62,440 nucleotides of DNA from a virus (taxonomy: Duplodnaviria; Caudoviricetes), in the IMG/VR virus record IMGVR_UViG_3300009026_000010, positions 1-62,440 of that record. One strand, written 5' to 3'. Positions 8,317 to 17,977 of this stretch are shown piece by piece. Every line of letters starts with the position of its first letter. Positions within the stretch are counted from its first letter, which is position 1. A program made the position numbers and the translations under genes. A model generated the notes under the pieces. It did not search any database, was not told the DNA's origin, and saw nothing but the letters and a program-made list of their open reading frames with translations.

Positions 8317-8898
8317 GTGAACAAATCCATCATTTGTGAAGCAACATTCCCTGAAGATTCAGGCCATACCATGCTGAACTTCTTCGACATCATCAGAATC
8401 TTCACTGACCAAAAGGCCAAGCTCGAAGAAGCAGAAATTCCAGACAATGCATTCAAAGAAATCATGAGTGCGATGCCTGCTCCTTCCATTATGTGTATTG
8501 ACCGTGCTAATGAAAAATTCGGTCACTACATGTACACGACTGATCGTGGTAAAGATGAAGACGGTCGCATGTGCGTCAAACTGTGGATGAAAGAAATTGC
8601 CAGTACTGACCCGTCGCTTTGCCACAAGATTAAAGACAAGATGCTTGATGTGTACAACGATTTTGCTGCTGTCTTCAAACTGAAGAATCTTGTTATCGGT
8701 CGTAATCCTTCTGGTGAAATCGTGTTGAAGTTTGTTTATGAAACACAACACGAAAAGAACAATGACCAAAATTCGTATGATGCTGAAACTAAGCTTCGTA
8801 CTACTTGGAGCAATAGTTATAACGAAAGTTATATTCGCCAAATTGCTTCGTTTCTTTCGGGTGAGTTCAACGTTCCTATTCTGGACGAATTGACCTAA
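8317..8898 (+). CDS. hypothetical protein
   Basis: GGAG SD; GTG start. Confidence 0.8.
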   Translation: MNKSIICEATFPEDSGHTMLNFFDIIRIFTDQKAKLEEAEIPDNAFKEIMSAMPAPSIMCIDRANEKFGHYMYTTDRGKDEDGRMCVKLWMKEIASTDPSLCHKIKDKMLDVYNDFAAVFKLKNLVIGRNPSGEIVLKFVYETQHEKNNDQNSYDAETKLRTTWSNSYNESYIRQIASFLSGEFNVPILDELT

Positions 8899-8947
8899 CC
8901 CGATTCTGTAGCAACAAAACCACCACCAAAAAAGTAAGGAGTTACCA

Positions 8948-10375
8948 ATGTCTCAAACTCTGGGTCAACAGACCTCCGTAGTCCACAACGTCGAAATCGT
9001 CAAACATGGCGAACAACTCATTCTCCCCACCGGTCTCGGTCTCGAAGATGCCGTCGAACTTCTCGAACGCCGCATCAAGTATGAAGCTCAAGAAGTCGCA
9101 TTCAGCGAATCGTTCAACGTCTTTCCGTGGGACGGTGCCAACGCATTGGACAAGGTTCTGACCAGCCGTTATGGTTGGGCACCTGCCACTGCAACTCCCG
9201 GCATGTTCGGTTCGCAGCCGCCGCAGATGGTCACTATCGACATCGGCTACGGTCAGCGTAAAGAAGTCGCATGGGGCCGTTTCAGCCTGCCCAACGTTGC
9301 TGGTTACATCCAGTGCTCTGCCACTACCGTTCGCGGTCGTCTGGTGTTCAAGGTTGACGCCAAGGTGCTTCGCCGTGACGAGAAAAGCGTCAAGGATTTG
9401 TTTGCTGAACTTCGTGTCGAACTGGCCAACAACAGTATCTATCGCGGTCAAGCATTCAAGATGCGCTTCCGTGATGACGATGGTGACAAGCTGGAAATGC
9501 CTGAACCTCAGTTCATCAACGCTTACGACATTGACGTAAGTGATCTGGTGTACGCAACTGACGTTCAGAACGCCATCGAAACCAACCTGTTCACACCGAT
9601 CCAGCGTATCCGTGACTGTCACGCCAATGGTATCAGCGTCAAACGCGGTATCCTGCTCGGTGGCATGTATGGCTGCGGTAAAACCCTCGCTGCCAAGGCT
9701 GCTGCTCGTCTGGCTGTTGAACAGGGTGTCACTTACCTGTACGTTCAGCGTGCTGACGAACTGGCTGACGCTGTTGAATTCGTCCAGATGTACTCCGACC
9801 CCGGTGCTGTTGTCTTCTGTGAAGATATCGACCGCTCGATCAATGGCAGTCGCTCCGCTGAAATGGACGACATCCTGAACATCATCGACGGTATCGACAC
9901 CAAGTCGGCCAACATCATCACGGTTCTGACCACCAACAACCTGTCGGCTATCAACCCGGCTATGCTTCGTCCCGGCCGTCTGGACGCGGTGATTAATGTC
10001 ACCGAGCCTGACGCTCCTGCTGTCGAGAAACTGGTTCGCCTGTACGGCAAGAACTCGATTGCTGTTGACGAAGACTTGACTGAAGTTGGTACCAAGCTGG
10101 CCGGTAACATCCCGGCTGTCATCGCTGAAGTTGTTAAGCGTGCCAAGCTGAGTCAGCTGCGCTTGCAAGAACCCGGTACCAAGGTCGACAAGATCAGTTC
10201 TCAGGCGCTGCTGGACTCGGCTACTTCCATGGCCGAACAGATCAAGCTGCTGAAACTGGAAACCACCAAGGAAGTGGTCACTGCTGAAGATATCATTGGC
10301 AAGCGTGTAGATGAACTGCTGCAACCGATGAAAACTCAGCTGAAAGCTGTCAACGAGTGGGTTGAAAACCACTAA
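8948..10375 (+). CDS. classical AAA+ ATPase (BCS1/FtsH-like AAA module with N-terminal domain)
   Basis: Walker A GMYGCGKT, Walker B VVFCEDID, SRH TTNN...NPAMLRPGRLD. Confidence 0.92.
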   Translation: MSQTLGQQTSVVHNVEIVKHGEQLILPTGLGLEDAVELLERRIKYEAQEVAFSESFNVFPWDGANALDKVLTSRYGWAPATATPGMFGSQPPQMVTIDIGYGQRKEVAWGRFSLPNVAGYIQCSATTVRGRLVFKVDAKVLRRDEKSVKDLFAELRVELANNSIYRGQAFKMRFRDDDGDKLEMPEPQFINAYDIDVSDLVYATDVQNAIETNLFTPIQRIRDCHANGISVKRGILLGGMYGCGKTLAAKAAARLAVEQGVTYLYVQRADELADAVEFVQMYSDPGAVVFCEDIDRSINGSRSAEMDDILNIIDGIDTKSANIITVLTTNNLSAINPAMLRPGRLDAVINVTEPDAPAVEKLVRLYGKNSIAVDEDLTEVGTKLAGNIPAVIAEVVKRAKLSQLRLQEPGTKVDKISSQALLDSATSMAEQIKLLKLETTKEVVTAEDIIGKRVDELLQPMKTQLKAVNEWVENH

Positions 10376-10386
10376 GTTTGGTGGTG

Positions 10387-10450
10387 CCTCTGGCTTCGGC
10401 CAGAGGATGTTGTGGGAAGGAGGACTACCTTCGTGGTAGCCCTCCTTTTT
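10387..10450 (+). terminator. tandem hairpins/intrinsic terminator
   Basis: cctctggc-ttcg-gccagagg, then aaggagg..tacc-ttcgt-ggta..cctcctt with U-tract. Confidence 0.7.
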
Positions 10451-10481
10451 ATGTGAGAATTCCCCAACTGGCGTATACCCC

Positions 10482-10793
10482 ATGACCTTTCTTAAAAATA
10501 TCTGGAACCGTTTGTTCTGTACCAAGAAAAACAAAGAACAAGAATTCGACCGACAAGCGCACAAGCTTGACATTGCCCGAATGCAGAAATTGGCTCGTGA
10601 CTACCAGCAGTTACAAGAAACGTACAAAAAGATAGCTACTCAGTACACACAGCTTCTGATGCGTACGCAGAAACGCGAAAAGCAATTGATAAAATATCTT
10701 CACGCATACCATGTGTCTCTGATGCCAGAACAACAAAGTGTAGAAGTAGAAATCCTGCTTGTTGATTACTTGAAGCATAATCCCAAGGGGTAA
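10482..10793 (+). CDS. coiled-coil hypothetical protein
   Basis: ORF within the early operon. Confidence 0.7.
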   Translation: MTFLKNIWNRLFCTKKNKEQEFDRQAHKLDIARMQKLARDYQQLQETYKKIATQYTQLLMRTQKREKQLIKYLHAYHVSLMPEQQSVEVEILLVDYLKHNPKG

Positions 10794-10796
10794 ATT

Positions 10797-11063
10797 ATGT
10801 TCTGTGAAGACATGAGCAAACATCCTGATGGATGCGGCTGTACTGATGTTGTGACTGCAGCAACTGACACATGCGCAAGTATGCAGAAAGAAATTCAGCT
10901 CCTTGCTGAGTTGGCTGCTGATCTGAAAAACTGTGTAGAACCACCGCCGGACAGGAACTGCTTTTGCCACACCTACTCACCATGCAGTGACTGCTTCAAC
11001 TATGCTCACACACGCGAAGTTCTGAGCGCGGCACAAACAATTCTTGAAAGGTATGGACTATGA
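10797..11063 (+). CDS. Cys-rich hypothetical protein
   Basis: CFCHTYSPCSDC motif. Confidence 0.7.
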   Translation: MFCEDMSKHPDGCGCTDVVTAATDTCASMQKEIQLLAELAADLKNCVEPPPDRNCFCHTYSPCSDCFNYAHTREVLSAAQTILERYGL

Positions 11064-11644
11064 AACAAGATCATCCTATGACTCCTAATGTGTTGGTTCC
11101 TTGTGACAAGGATGAAAGGCCAGTTATTGACCGAGTATCACTCTATACGCTAATGGATATCCGGAACGGTATTGCTGCTGTTTCAACAGATTTGGGTGAC
11201 GAGGCGTTTCAAGATGCGCTAGGAGCATGGGAAATTGCGCTACATAGGATAATAGAAGACTGTCGAATTGTAGCTCCTGATAATACGCCACAGGCAGAGC
11301 AGGTGGTGCAGCATTCCATAATTGCCGGAGCATTGTTCGACTTTCTCGGATTTCTTACTACGCGGGACAACAACACGACCTTTGGCGCTAACAGCCTCGC
11401 CGCTCCAGCAGTAGACCTGCTTTCGCAGTGGGCAGAAATAAGATCGCTGCCGCTTGACGAGGCAGACGTTAATTGCTGGCAATCGCACATTGGCACAGCC
11501 CCGCCCGCCCCTGACGTTAGTGGGTTGGTTGAGGCTTTGGAGCGGATAGTGTCGATATACGAGGCCGGGGAAAACTTCAGGCATATTCCTATGGATGAAG
11601 CCGCCACCGATGCCCTAGCAGCCCACCAGAACAGGGAGGGGTGA
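11060..11644 (+). CDS. hypothetical protein (lambdoid ea/nin-like mosaic)
   Basis: ATGA coupling; APPAPDVSGLVEALE segment typical of lambdoid accessory ORFs. Confidence 0.75.
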   Translation: MKQDHPMTPNVLVPCDKDERPVIDRVSLYTLMDIRNGIAAVSTDLGDEAFQDALGAWEIALHRIIEDCRIVAPDNTPQAEQVVQHSIIAGALFDFLGFLTTRDNNTTFGANSLAAPAVDLLSQWAEIRSLPLDEADVNCWQSHIGTAPPAPDVSGLVEALERIVSIYEAGENFRHIPMDEAATDALAAHQNREG

Positions 11645-11919
11645 GTATGCACATTTACAACGATGAATGCGAAGCGGCAGGGCTTGATCGTAAGGAGGTT
11701 CGGCGCATAGCGGCTGGCCTATCTCGATACGGAAAACAGGCGCGGGAGCTAGGGCTGACCGTGTTCGGTTGCGGGACAGGAGATATAAGGACTAATGATG
11801 GATGCCTGATTGTTGCCAGTATTGACGGGGATTTTGACGGCGGCGATGGCACGACAAGGACGGATGCTTATGGCCTATTGCGCGGAGAACATTACTACGA
11901 GGGCAGCAGCCATGACTGA
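11641..11919 (+). CDS. hypothetical protein
   Basis: GGAGG SD; GTGA coupling. Confidence 0.75.
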   Translation: MSMHIYNDECEAAGLDRKEVRRIAAGLSRYGKQARELGLTVFGCGTGDIRTNDGCLIVASIDGDFDGGDGTTRTDAYGLLRGEHYYEGSSHD

Positions 11920-12319
11920 TAAGAATCCCATCCAGCCGCTTGTGGTGGACGATAAAGGCGTATTGCGGTTTAAGCAGAACGCAATCGTGCGCGACCTGCT
12001 CGACTTCGCCAGCGAGCGAGGGTTCGACCTGAACGAAATAGCCCGCAAGAATTACACCCGCACTGACAGGCAACAACTGGCCCAGCTTATAGGATACAGC
12101 TTGTCGGGTTATGGCGAACTGCGAAGCTATGTAGACGATGACTCGTTTGCCGCAGCATCAGAAATGGCCGAGGGCAGCACTGAAGAGCGTGCCCGCATTG
12201 AAACCCTGCAAAGCACGATTGACCGACTACGGGCGGCATTGATAGCGCCAATGGCTGACTTGTTCGGCGTTCATCCAGACGACCTGTCTGCCAACCTGCC
12301 GGAGAGGGGCCATGACTGA
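11912..12319 (+). CDS. conserved phage hypothetical protein
   Basis: PIQPL...RFKxNAIV...QLAQLIGYSLSGYGEL pattern. Confidence 0.8.
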   Translation: MTDKNPIQPLVVDDKGVLRFKQNAIVRDLLDFASERGFDLNEIARKNYTRTDRQQLAQLIGYSLSGYGELRSYVDDDSFAAASEMAEGSTEERARIETLQSTIDRLRAALIAPMADLFGVHPDDLSANLPERGHD

Positions 12320-12890
12320 TAAGCTGGAGGTAGTGGCCAAAATAGTAAATTACACAGACGGGTTCCTCTGCGAAGCTCGCGGAATGACGCTCGTGTGGCA
12401 GCACGGGCAGCACAATAAAGCGATTGATGGGACCAAGCTCATCCGCCTCACCGACCACGAATCAGCAATGGCCAATACCGAGCCAGCCGGAAGTTACCAG
12501 AAGGGATACGACGAAGGCAGACACCAAGGCACCCGTCATCGTGTCGCTGAAATACAGCAGCTCGAAGCCTCCCGCGCAGCAGACAAGGCGCGGATTGAGG
12601 AGCTGGAGTCAGAAAACGAGGCCGTTAAAGGGATGCTCAATGACGCTGTAGTGGACGTGCAGGCGCTTTGCCCTGATTGCAGAAACGGTTGGCTTTCACG
12701 CCACTGCCAAGACAAGCCGTACATGCACGAATATCAGGCTGAGCGCGACGAACTGCTGGGGCTGTTGCGTGATGCCCGTGATCCGGTATGCGAGGCGCTT
12801 AACGGCGCATCTAACGAGCGCGGGGAGGCGATGTTTCGGGACGTTCTTAACCGCATCGACGCCACCCTAGCCCGGCTTGGTAAGGCATAA
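12312..12890 (+). CDS. Ea22/ead-like coiled-coil protein
   Basis: ARIEELE and AERDELLGLLR...RIDATLA segments. Confidence 0.7.
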   Translation: MTDKLEVVAKIVNYTDGFLCEARGMTLVWQHGQHNKAIDGTKLIRLTDHESAMANTEPAGSYQKGYDEGRHQGTRHRVAEIQQLEASRAADKARIEELESENEAVKGMLNDAVVDVQALCPDCRNGWLSRHCQDKPYMHEYQAERDELLGLLRDARDPVCEALNGASNERGEAMFRDVLNRIDATLARLGKA

Positions 12891-12945
12891 CTTCCACCCG
12901 TACTCCAACTGACGAAGAGTACGAAGAACGCTACGGAAAATACCC

Positions 12946-13203
12946 ATGATTAACGTCATACCGAATTACCCTTTCTGGGTATCTATGCTGTTCTTCCCAG
13001 AACAACCTATCGAATCGTTTAGCACCGAAGTACCTTTCGACATCGACAATGATCCTTTCGGTACAATAGCTGCTTTTGTAAAAGCACATCCTCGTGGCTG
13101 TTTTTCCAGAGATATACCGCAGTTCGCACTTGAAGTACGCAGCTGGGCGACACTTAAAAACGAGGAACATCGTGATGGGCAAGTCAAAGCCTCACAGCAA
13201 TAG
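12946..13203 (+). CDS. hypothetical protein
   Basis: ORF with GGA SD. Confidence 0.6.
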   Translation: MINVIPNYPFWVSMLFFPEQPIESFSTEVPFDIDNDPFGTIAAFVKAHPRGCFSRDIPQFALEVRSWATLKNEEHRDGQVKASQQ

Positions 13204-13513
13204 GCACAAGTGGGTAGCGCATGAAGATGCTTTCCTACGAAAACACGCAGGTAAGCTTTCGGCAGTACAAATTGGGGCAGAACTGAACATACCTCCCCCT
13301 AAAGTGCGGGACTATGCGCGCAGAAACCGTATACCGCTACAGCGGCATGGGGAGTACATGCACAATGCTCTGCTTAACAGCCTCTTAGTAGATATGCTGA
13401 TAATCCTCAAAGATGCTGGCTATACAGCTAACCAGATAAAAGCAGCTTTCAACCTGAAAGCATCCAAAAAAACTATCAACGATGCTGTACTCGAAGGGAT
13501 ATGGGGATCATGA
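13175..13513 (+). CDS. HTH DNA-binding protein (Myb/AsnC-like repeat)
   Basis: WxxxEDAFLR...SAVQIGAELN...V...ARR; GAGGA SD. Confidence 0.7.
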   Translation: MGKSKPHSNRHKWVAHEDAFLRKHAGKLSAVQIGAELNIPPPKVRDYARRNRIPLQRHGEYMHNALLNSLLVDMLIILKDAGYTANQIKAAFNLKASKKTINDAVLEGIWGS

Positions 13514-13668
13514 ACAAATTGTGTCCTTGCTACGGCGAAGGTATAACCAATTTATCAAGTATGAACGAGCGGGTATGTAGTGCTTGTGGCCACAAAGAAC
13601 CGTGGACCAGAGACGAAAAACAACCTCCCTTAGTATCCAGCAACCGTGACACAAGGAAAAGAAAATGA
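13510..13668 (+). CDS. small Zn-ribbon protein (52 aa)
   Basis: CPC...CSACGH; ATGA overlaps on both sides. Confidence 0.6.
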   Translation: MNKLCPCYGEGITNLSSMNERVCSACGHKEPWTRDEKQPPLVSSNRDTRKRK

Positions 13669-14273
13669 GACTGACAAAAAGCATCCGTGAACATATTCTC
13701 AGAAACGCACTAGCTGATTTATTTGATGAAATGGCTGAAAAACACAACGCCGAAGTAAATGTACTGGTGAAGACAGCTTTCGAAGAATACTTTGCCGAAG
13801 AACTAGAAACTATAAGCACTATCCCTAAAGAAAAACGTGAACGAATTATCGGTATTTACACAGGTATTATAGAAGTTCGATTAACAAGCGGAGAAGAAAA
13901 AGACAGTATTCTTCTGCTTAATAGTAGAGGTAAGGAAACCAGTAGATATCTTAAGTATCCTTTACCCTATGGATTAGGTATTTTTCGTGACCGCTGGAAT
14001 CAAACTATTCTATTTTCAGAAAAAGATATTCCAAAAACCTACGATATGTTTAAAAAAATCAACGAAAAAACAAAAGAAATTGCTTCTCAGATATCACTGG
14101 CAAAAAACCAAATAAAAGCAATTCTGGACAGCGTTACTACGGATAAAAAACTTATCGAACTTGCTCCTGAGCTTGAGAAATATCTACCTAAACCAGAACC
14201 CGCACCATCCAACATCTTGCCGATTGATCTTATAAATTCTGTACGGGCTTTGCTGCAAGGGAACAAAAAATGA
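13665..14273 (+). CDS. Nmad5-like (nucleotide-modification-associated domain 5) protein
   Basis: MRLTKSIREHIL N-terminus and SVTTDKKLIELAPE..YLP C-terminal pattern, recalled from this family. Confidence 0.6.
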   Translation: MRLTKSIREHILRNALADLFDEMAEKHNAEVNVLVKTAFEEYFAEELETISTIPKEKRERIIGIYTGIIEVRLTSGEEKDSILLLNSRGKETSRYLKYPLPYGLGIFRDRWNQTILFSEKDIPKTYDMFKKINEKTKEIASQISLAKNQIKAILDSVTTDKKLIELAPELEKYLPKPEPAPSNILPIDLINSVRALLQGNKK

Positions 14274-14488
14274 TCAAGCGGCTGAAAGTATGGTGGCTCA
14301 AACGGCAAGGCGCTAAGCATTTTTGTATCGTAGACCGTAAACTTACGAGTTTAAACTGCGGAATGAACTCAGGTTTACAGCTACCTTCCATAACATACCA
14401 TGCTAGAAAATGTGATGAATACTTAGACAAGCTACAAGCGCTTGGCGAGCCTGTTCCTAAATTCAGATTTGCCACACTATTTAAATAA
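14270..14488 (+). CDS. hypothetical protein
   Basis: ATGA coupling. Confidence 0.65.
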   Translation: MIKRLKVWWLKRQGAKHFCIVDRKLTSLNCGMNSGLQLPSITYHARKCDEYLDKLQALGEPVPKFRFATLFK

Positions 14489-14511
14489 TACAACAGCACA
14501 GGAAAAATCCC

Positions 14512-16500
14512 ATGAGTAACTTCGCTCCTTTCGGCAAGCTGGTACAACGACAATTTGACTCAATGACTGGCGACAAACTGTTCCGTACTGTTCTTTCTGG
14601 TGATGAAATCTATGCAGCTTATCTGGCTTCATTCCCAGAAGGCACCAATCCTATATTCCGCGAACGTACTGAACATGACTGCACTACTTGCCGCAATTTT
14701 ATCAAGAATCTCGGCGGCGTAGTTACTATTACCCCGCAAAACACATTGACTACTGTGTGGGATGTCGAAGGAGCTGAATACCCTTACGATGTAGTAGCCA
14801 AAACTATGGGCGACTTGATTCGTAAGCAAGAAATCGCTTCGCGCTATTACTCAACAGAACGCAAGTATGGGGCTGAAAAGACAATCAGTGCCGTTGGTAG
14901 TGAAGTATGGCACCACTTCTGCGGCGACACAGGTGTACACCATGCTGGTGTCAACGCGCCTTCGATGATGGGGGCTTACAACAGCAGTGCTATCGTGTTC
15001 ACTAACACGCTTGAGAAGTTCACTACCAAAGCTGTTGCTATAGTACTCGACTTGATTGGCAGCAACAGCCTCTATCGAGGTATTGAATTCGAAGCTGGCG
15101 TGTTTGGTCTGAGCCACCTACTTATGGCATACCAAACGCTTCAAACTGCTGAAGAACGCCACAACTTCATCTGGGTAAATGCGGACAAACCCGGTGCGCG
15201 TGTCAAAAACACAGCCATCGGTACTCTGATCGAAGATTTGTCTGAAGGAGTAGAACTTGAAAAGGCAGTTAAGGCTTACGAAAGCAAAGTAGCTCCTGCC
15301 AACTACAAGCGGCCGACAGCACTTATCACTCCTCGTATGATCGAAGATGCTGTCAAAACTATCCGTGACCTTGGCCACGAAGACGCTCTTCAACGTCGTC
15401 ACGCTACGCTTGAAGACATCAGCGTAAACGACATCCTGTGGGTAAACAATGAATCTGCTACGCAGATGAAAGACTCACTCAAAGACCTTCTGAATACAGC
15501 AGTAGTACCCAAGCCTGTCAAAAATCAAGAAGCCAAGCCTGTCAGCATGGAAGATTTTCTTGAAAAAGTTCTCCCTACTGCCAGCAAGGTAGAGGTCTTG
15601 TTTGAAGGTAATAAACAATCAAACCTCATGTCTATTACAGCTCCTGTTCACCAAAATTCTGGCCAGCTGTTCAAATGGCACAATAACTTTGCTTGGTCTT
15701 ACAAAGGTAACGTCACTGACGCCTTTGTCGAACGTGTGAAACGTGAAGGTGGCAAAGTCGAAGGCGCTATGCGTGCTTCTCTCATCTGGTATAACCGCGA
15801 TGATTTGGACATTCATGCCCACACGCCGAAAGGACATATTGCTTATTTCGACCGAACAAAAGGTTCAGGACGACTAGACATCGACGCCAACGGTAGTAAT
15901 GGCATGATGGACGAACCAGTCGAAAACATTGTGTGGTCAAAACTGGAAGACGGCGATTACCAAATCGACATCAATCAGTACAGTTGTCGTTCCCGTTCTG
16001 ACGTAGGTTTTGCTCTACAACTGGTAGTGAAAGGTGATATCTATGAAGTCTCTTACCCCAAAGCACTACAAGGCACAATAAGGGTAGCAACTTACACAAT
16101 CAAGAAAGGTGAGCTTACCAATCTCAAGTTCCATAAAGATGTACAAGTAAGCTCTTCAAAACAAAATGTTTGGGGTATCGACACCAATACTTTCGTTCCT
16201 GTGAACTTTGTCACTGTCAGCCCGAACCATTGGGACGGCAAAGCTATCGGCAACAAGCATTGGTTCTTCATCCTTGATGAGTGTGTGTCTGACGAACCAA
16301 CACGCGGTATCTACAACGAATACCTCAAGCCAGAACTCGAAACACACCGCAAAGTGTTCGAAGTACTGGGTGAAAAAACCAAATGTCCTATGAGCAACAA
16401 GCAGCTCAGCGGTCTTGGCTTCTCTTCTACCAAGCACGACACTGTAACGCTCCGTGTCGTAGTTGGTAACGAACAAGTTCTCTACAACGTCGCTATTTAA
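14512..16500 (+). CDS. large conserved phage protein with HDCxxC motif and YfaP/DUF2135-like domain
   Basis: EHDCTTC; LIWYNRDDLDIH...LDIDAN...VENIVW. Confidence 0.85.
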   Translation: MSNFAPFGKLVQRQFDSMTGDKLFRTVLSGDEIYAAYLASFPEGTNPIFRERTEHDCTTCRNFIKNLGGVVTITPQNTLTTVWDVEGAEYPYDVVAKTMGDLIRKQEIASRYYSTERKYGAEKTISAVGSEVWHHFCGDTGVHHAGVNAPSMMGAYNSSAIVFTNTLEKFTTKAVAIVLDLIGSNSLYRGIEFEAGVFGLSHLLMAYQTLQTAEERHNFIWVNADKPGARVKNTAIGTLIEDLSEGVELEKAVKAYESKVAPANYKRPTALITPRMIEDAVKTIRDLGHEDALQRRHATLEDISVNDILWVNNESATQMKDSLKDLLNTAVVPKPVKNQEAKPVSMEDFLEKVLPTASKVEVLFEGNKQSNLMSITAPVHQNSGQLFKWHNNFAWSYKGNVTDAFVERVKREGGKVEGAMRASLIWYNRDDLDIHAHTPKGHIAYFDRTKGSGRLDIDANGSNGMMDEPVENIVWSKLEDGDYQIDINQYSCRSRSDVGFALQLVVKGDIYEVSYPKALQGTIRVATYTIKKGELTNLKFHKDVQVSSSKQNVWGIDTNTFVPVNFVTVSPNHWDGKAIGNKHWFFILDECVSDEPTRGIYNEYLKPELETHRKVFEVLGEKTKCPMSNKQLSGLGFSSTKHDTVTLRVVVGNEQVLYNVAI

Positions 16501-16511
16501 GGAAAAAACTG

Positions 16512-16919
16512 ATGAACATTTTCGAACGTGGTACTCGTGAAAACTCCTTGTTTCCTTCTGTGAAAGGCGACCTGACTATCCAGCAACTCTGGAATCTGCC
16601 ATTGGAATCAAAAAGCAATTTCAGCTTGGATTACATAGCCATCACAGTGAACGATGAACTGGAAAAGCTTCACGAACGCAGTTTTGTATCTACTCGTGCT
16701 AACCCGGCCAAGGCTACTTTGGAACTGAAGCTGGAAATCCTCAAGCACATCATTGCAGTACGCCAAGCCGAAAACCAAGCCAAGCTGGATGCTCAGAAAT
16801 TGGCTGGCGAACGTGAACGTTTGCAAGGCTTGTTGGAAAAGAAAAAAGACGAAGTGTTGGGTTCTTTGTCTATCGAAGAATTGGAGTCTCGTCTGCAACA
16901 GCTTGGAGGTAAACAGTAA
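16512..16919 (+). CDS. conserved coiled-coil phage protein (likely partner of the upstream gene)
   Basis: MNIFE..R..FPSVKG.L..QLW.LPL pattern. Confidence 0.85.
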   Translation: MNIFERGTRENSLFPSVKGDLTIQQLWNLPLESKSNFSLDYIAITVNDELEKLHERSFVSTRANPAKATLELKLEILKHIIAVRQAENQAKLDAQKLAGERERLQGLLEKKKDEVLGSLSIEELESRLQQLGGKQ

Positions 16920-17398
16920 TGTTTGCTACTCCGCTTACTGGGAATGAATGGTTCGTTTTTTGCTTAGTTGTTGGATTTTTTCTCGCGGTAGCGTGGATTT
17001 TTTTATGCTTCTTGGGTAATTGCTACGTCCGTATATTCCATTGGATAGACGATGGCGAATCCCCTATAAAGCATAATCCGATAGAAGCTTTTGTTATGAA
17101 AATACTGGGATACAAGAGCTTACCTTCTAGAAACCTGTGGAAGTATGTAAGAACTGGAACAGAAGGTAATGACTATGATATTGACGAATATAGCTCAGAC
17201 GGCGGTGCTGCGTGGGGCGTGCCATCGCTTATCCTATTTTTTTCACCTCTGGTCATATATTTGACCGTGATCTTATATCCTGTAGCAATCACGTTATTTG
17301 TAATTTTCGTTTTTGCTTACATGGCACGATTCGCTCGTCGTCACCACAAGCTATTCCAGAAGCATCTTAAAGACCCAGAGGCACACAAACGTGATTGA
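16919..17398 (+). CDS. membrane protein
   Basis: GGAGG SD; 2-3 TM segments. Confidence 0.8.
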   Translation: MFATPLTGNEWFVFCLVVGFFLAVAWIFLCFLGNCYVRIFHWIDDGESPIKHNPIEAFVMKILGYKSLPSRNLWKYVRTGTEGNDYDIDEYSSDGGAAWGVPSLILFFSPLVIYLTVILYPVAITLFVIFVFAYMARFARRHHKLFQKHLKDPEAHKRD

Positions 17399-17606
17399 CT
17401 CAGAGATTAGCGAAGAACAACTGCGCGCTCTTCTGAAGGAATATATCAAGGATAATTACAAAACTCAGAACGAGTTTGCCAGAGCAACGAACTGTAGTCG
17501 GGCATACGTTTCTGCTGTGTTGTATGGAAAAAGCAGAATGCCTCCTAGCTGGGCAAAATTAGTAGGTTACACATGCCGAAAGATAATCCTGCCGATCAAG
17601 AAGTAG
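17391..17606 (+). CDS. Cro/XRE-like HTH protein
   Basis: TQNEFARATNCSRAYVSAVLYG helix-turn-helix; GTG start. Confidence 0.7.
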   Translation: MIDSEISEEQLRALLKEYIKDNYKTQNEFARATNCSRAYVSAVLYGKSRMPPSWAKLVGYTCRKIILPIKK

Positions 17607-17878
17607 ATACTCTTGTCGAGCGTCTGCGTATGGAAGCTCAGCTCCATGCGCAAGAAGCTCGAACAGCCAACGCTACAATAGCTGAAATCTATCAGACCAT
17701 CTCGAATTATAGAGGCGAGCCGGGTAACTGGAATGGTGCTATTCCTGTGAGCAATTTCGTAGTTGAAGTACTCCAGCTTCTACGCGATGCACGCAACGCT
17801 TTGTCTGGTAACGAGAAAACTGAACAGCTCAGACGTGCTATCGAGATACAATCCTTTCTGGACAAATTTGGCGCTTGA
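17573..17878 (+). CDS. hypothetical protein
   Basis: ORF within the operon. Confidence 0.7.
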   Translation: MPKDNPADQEVDTLVERLRMEAQLHAQEARTANATIAEIYQTISNYRGEPGNWNGAIPVSNFVVEVLQLLRDARNALSGNEKTEQLRRAIEIQSFLDKFGA

Positions 17879-17977
17879 CACAATATCTTGTGGATTGAAA
17901 AAAGATTTGACCGAACGCTCTGAGCAGGTCAATCATGGTCGTCACCCCCACAGAAAAAACAAAGAGCGTTTAGCCTT

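Noticed and set aside
8942-10573. 543-aa antisense ORF over the AAA+ gene
   Set aside because: Codon-aligned shadow of a strongly biased gene; no motifs.
11641-11919. DGDFDG resembling the RNA polymerase catalytic DxDGD motif
   Set aside because: The 92-aa protein is far too small and the motif reads DFDGG, not DFDGD.
17391-17606. Lysogeny module
   Set aside because: Only a lone Cro-like HTH; no integrase, CI-type repressor with peptidase domain, ParA or protelomerase recognised.
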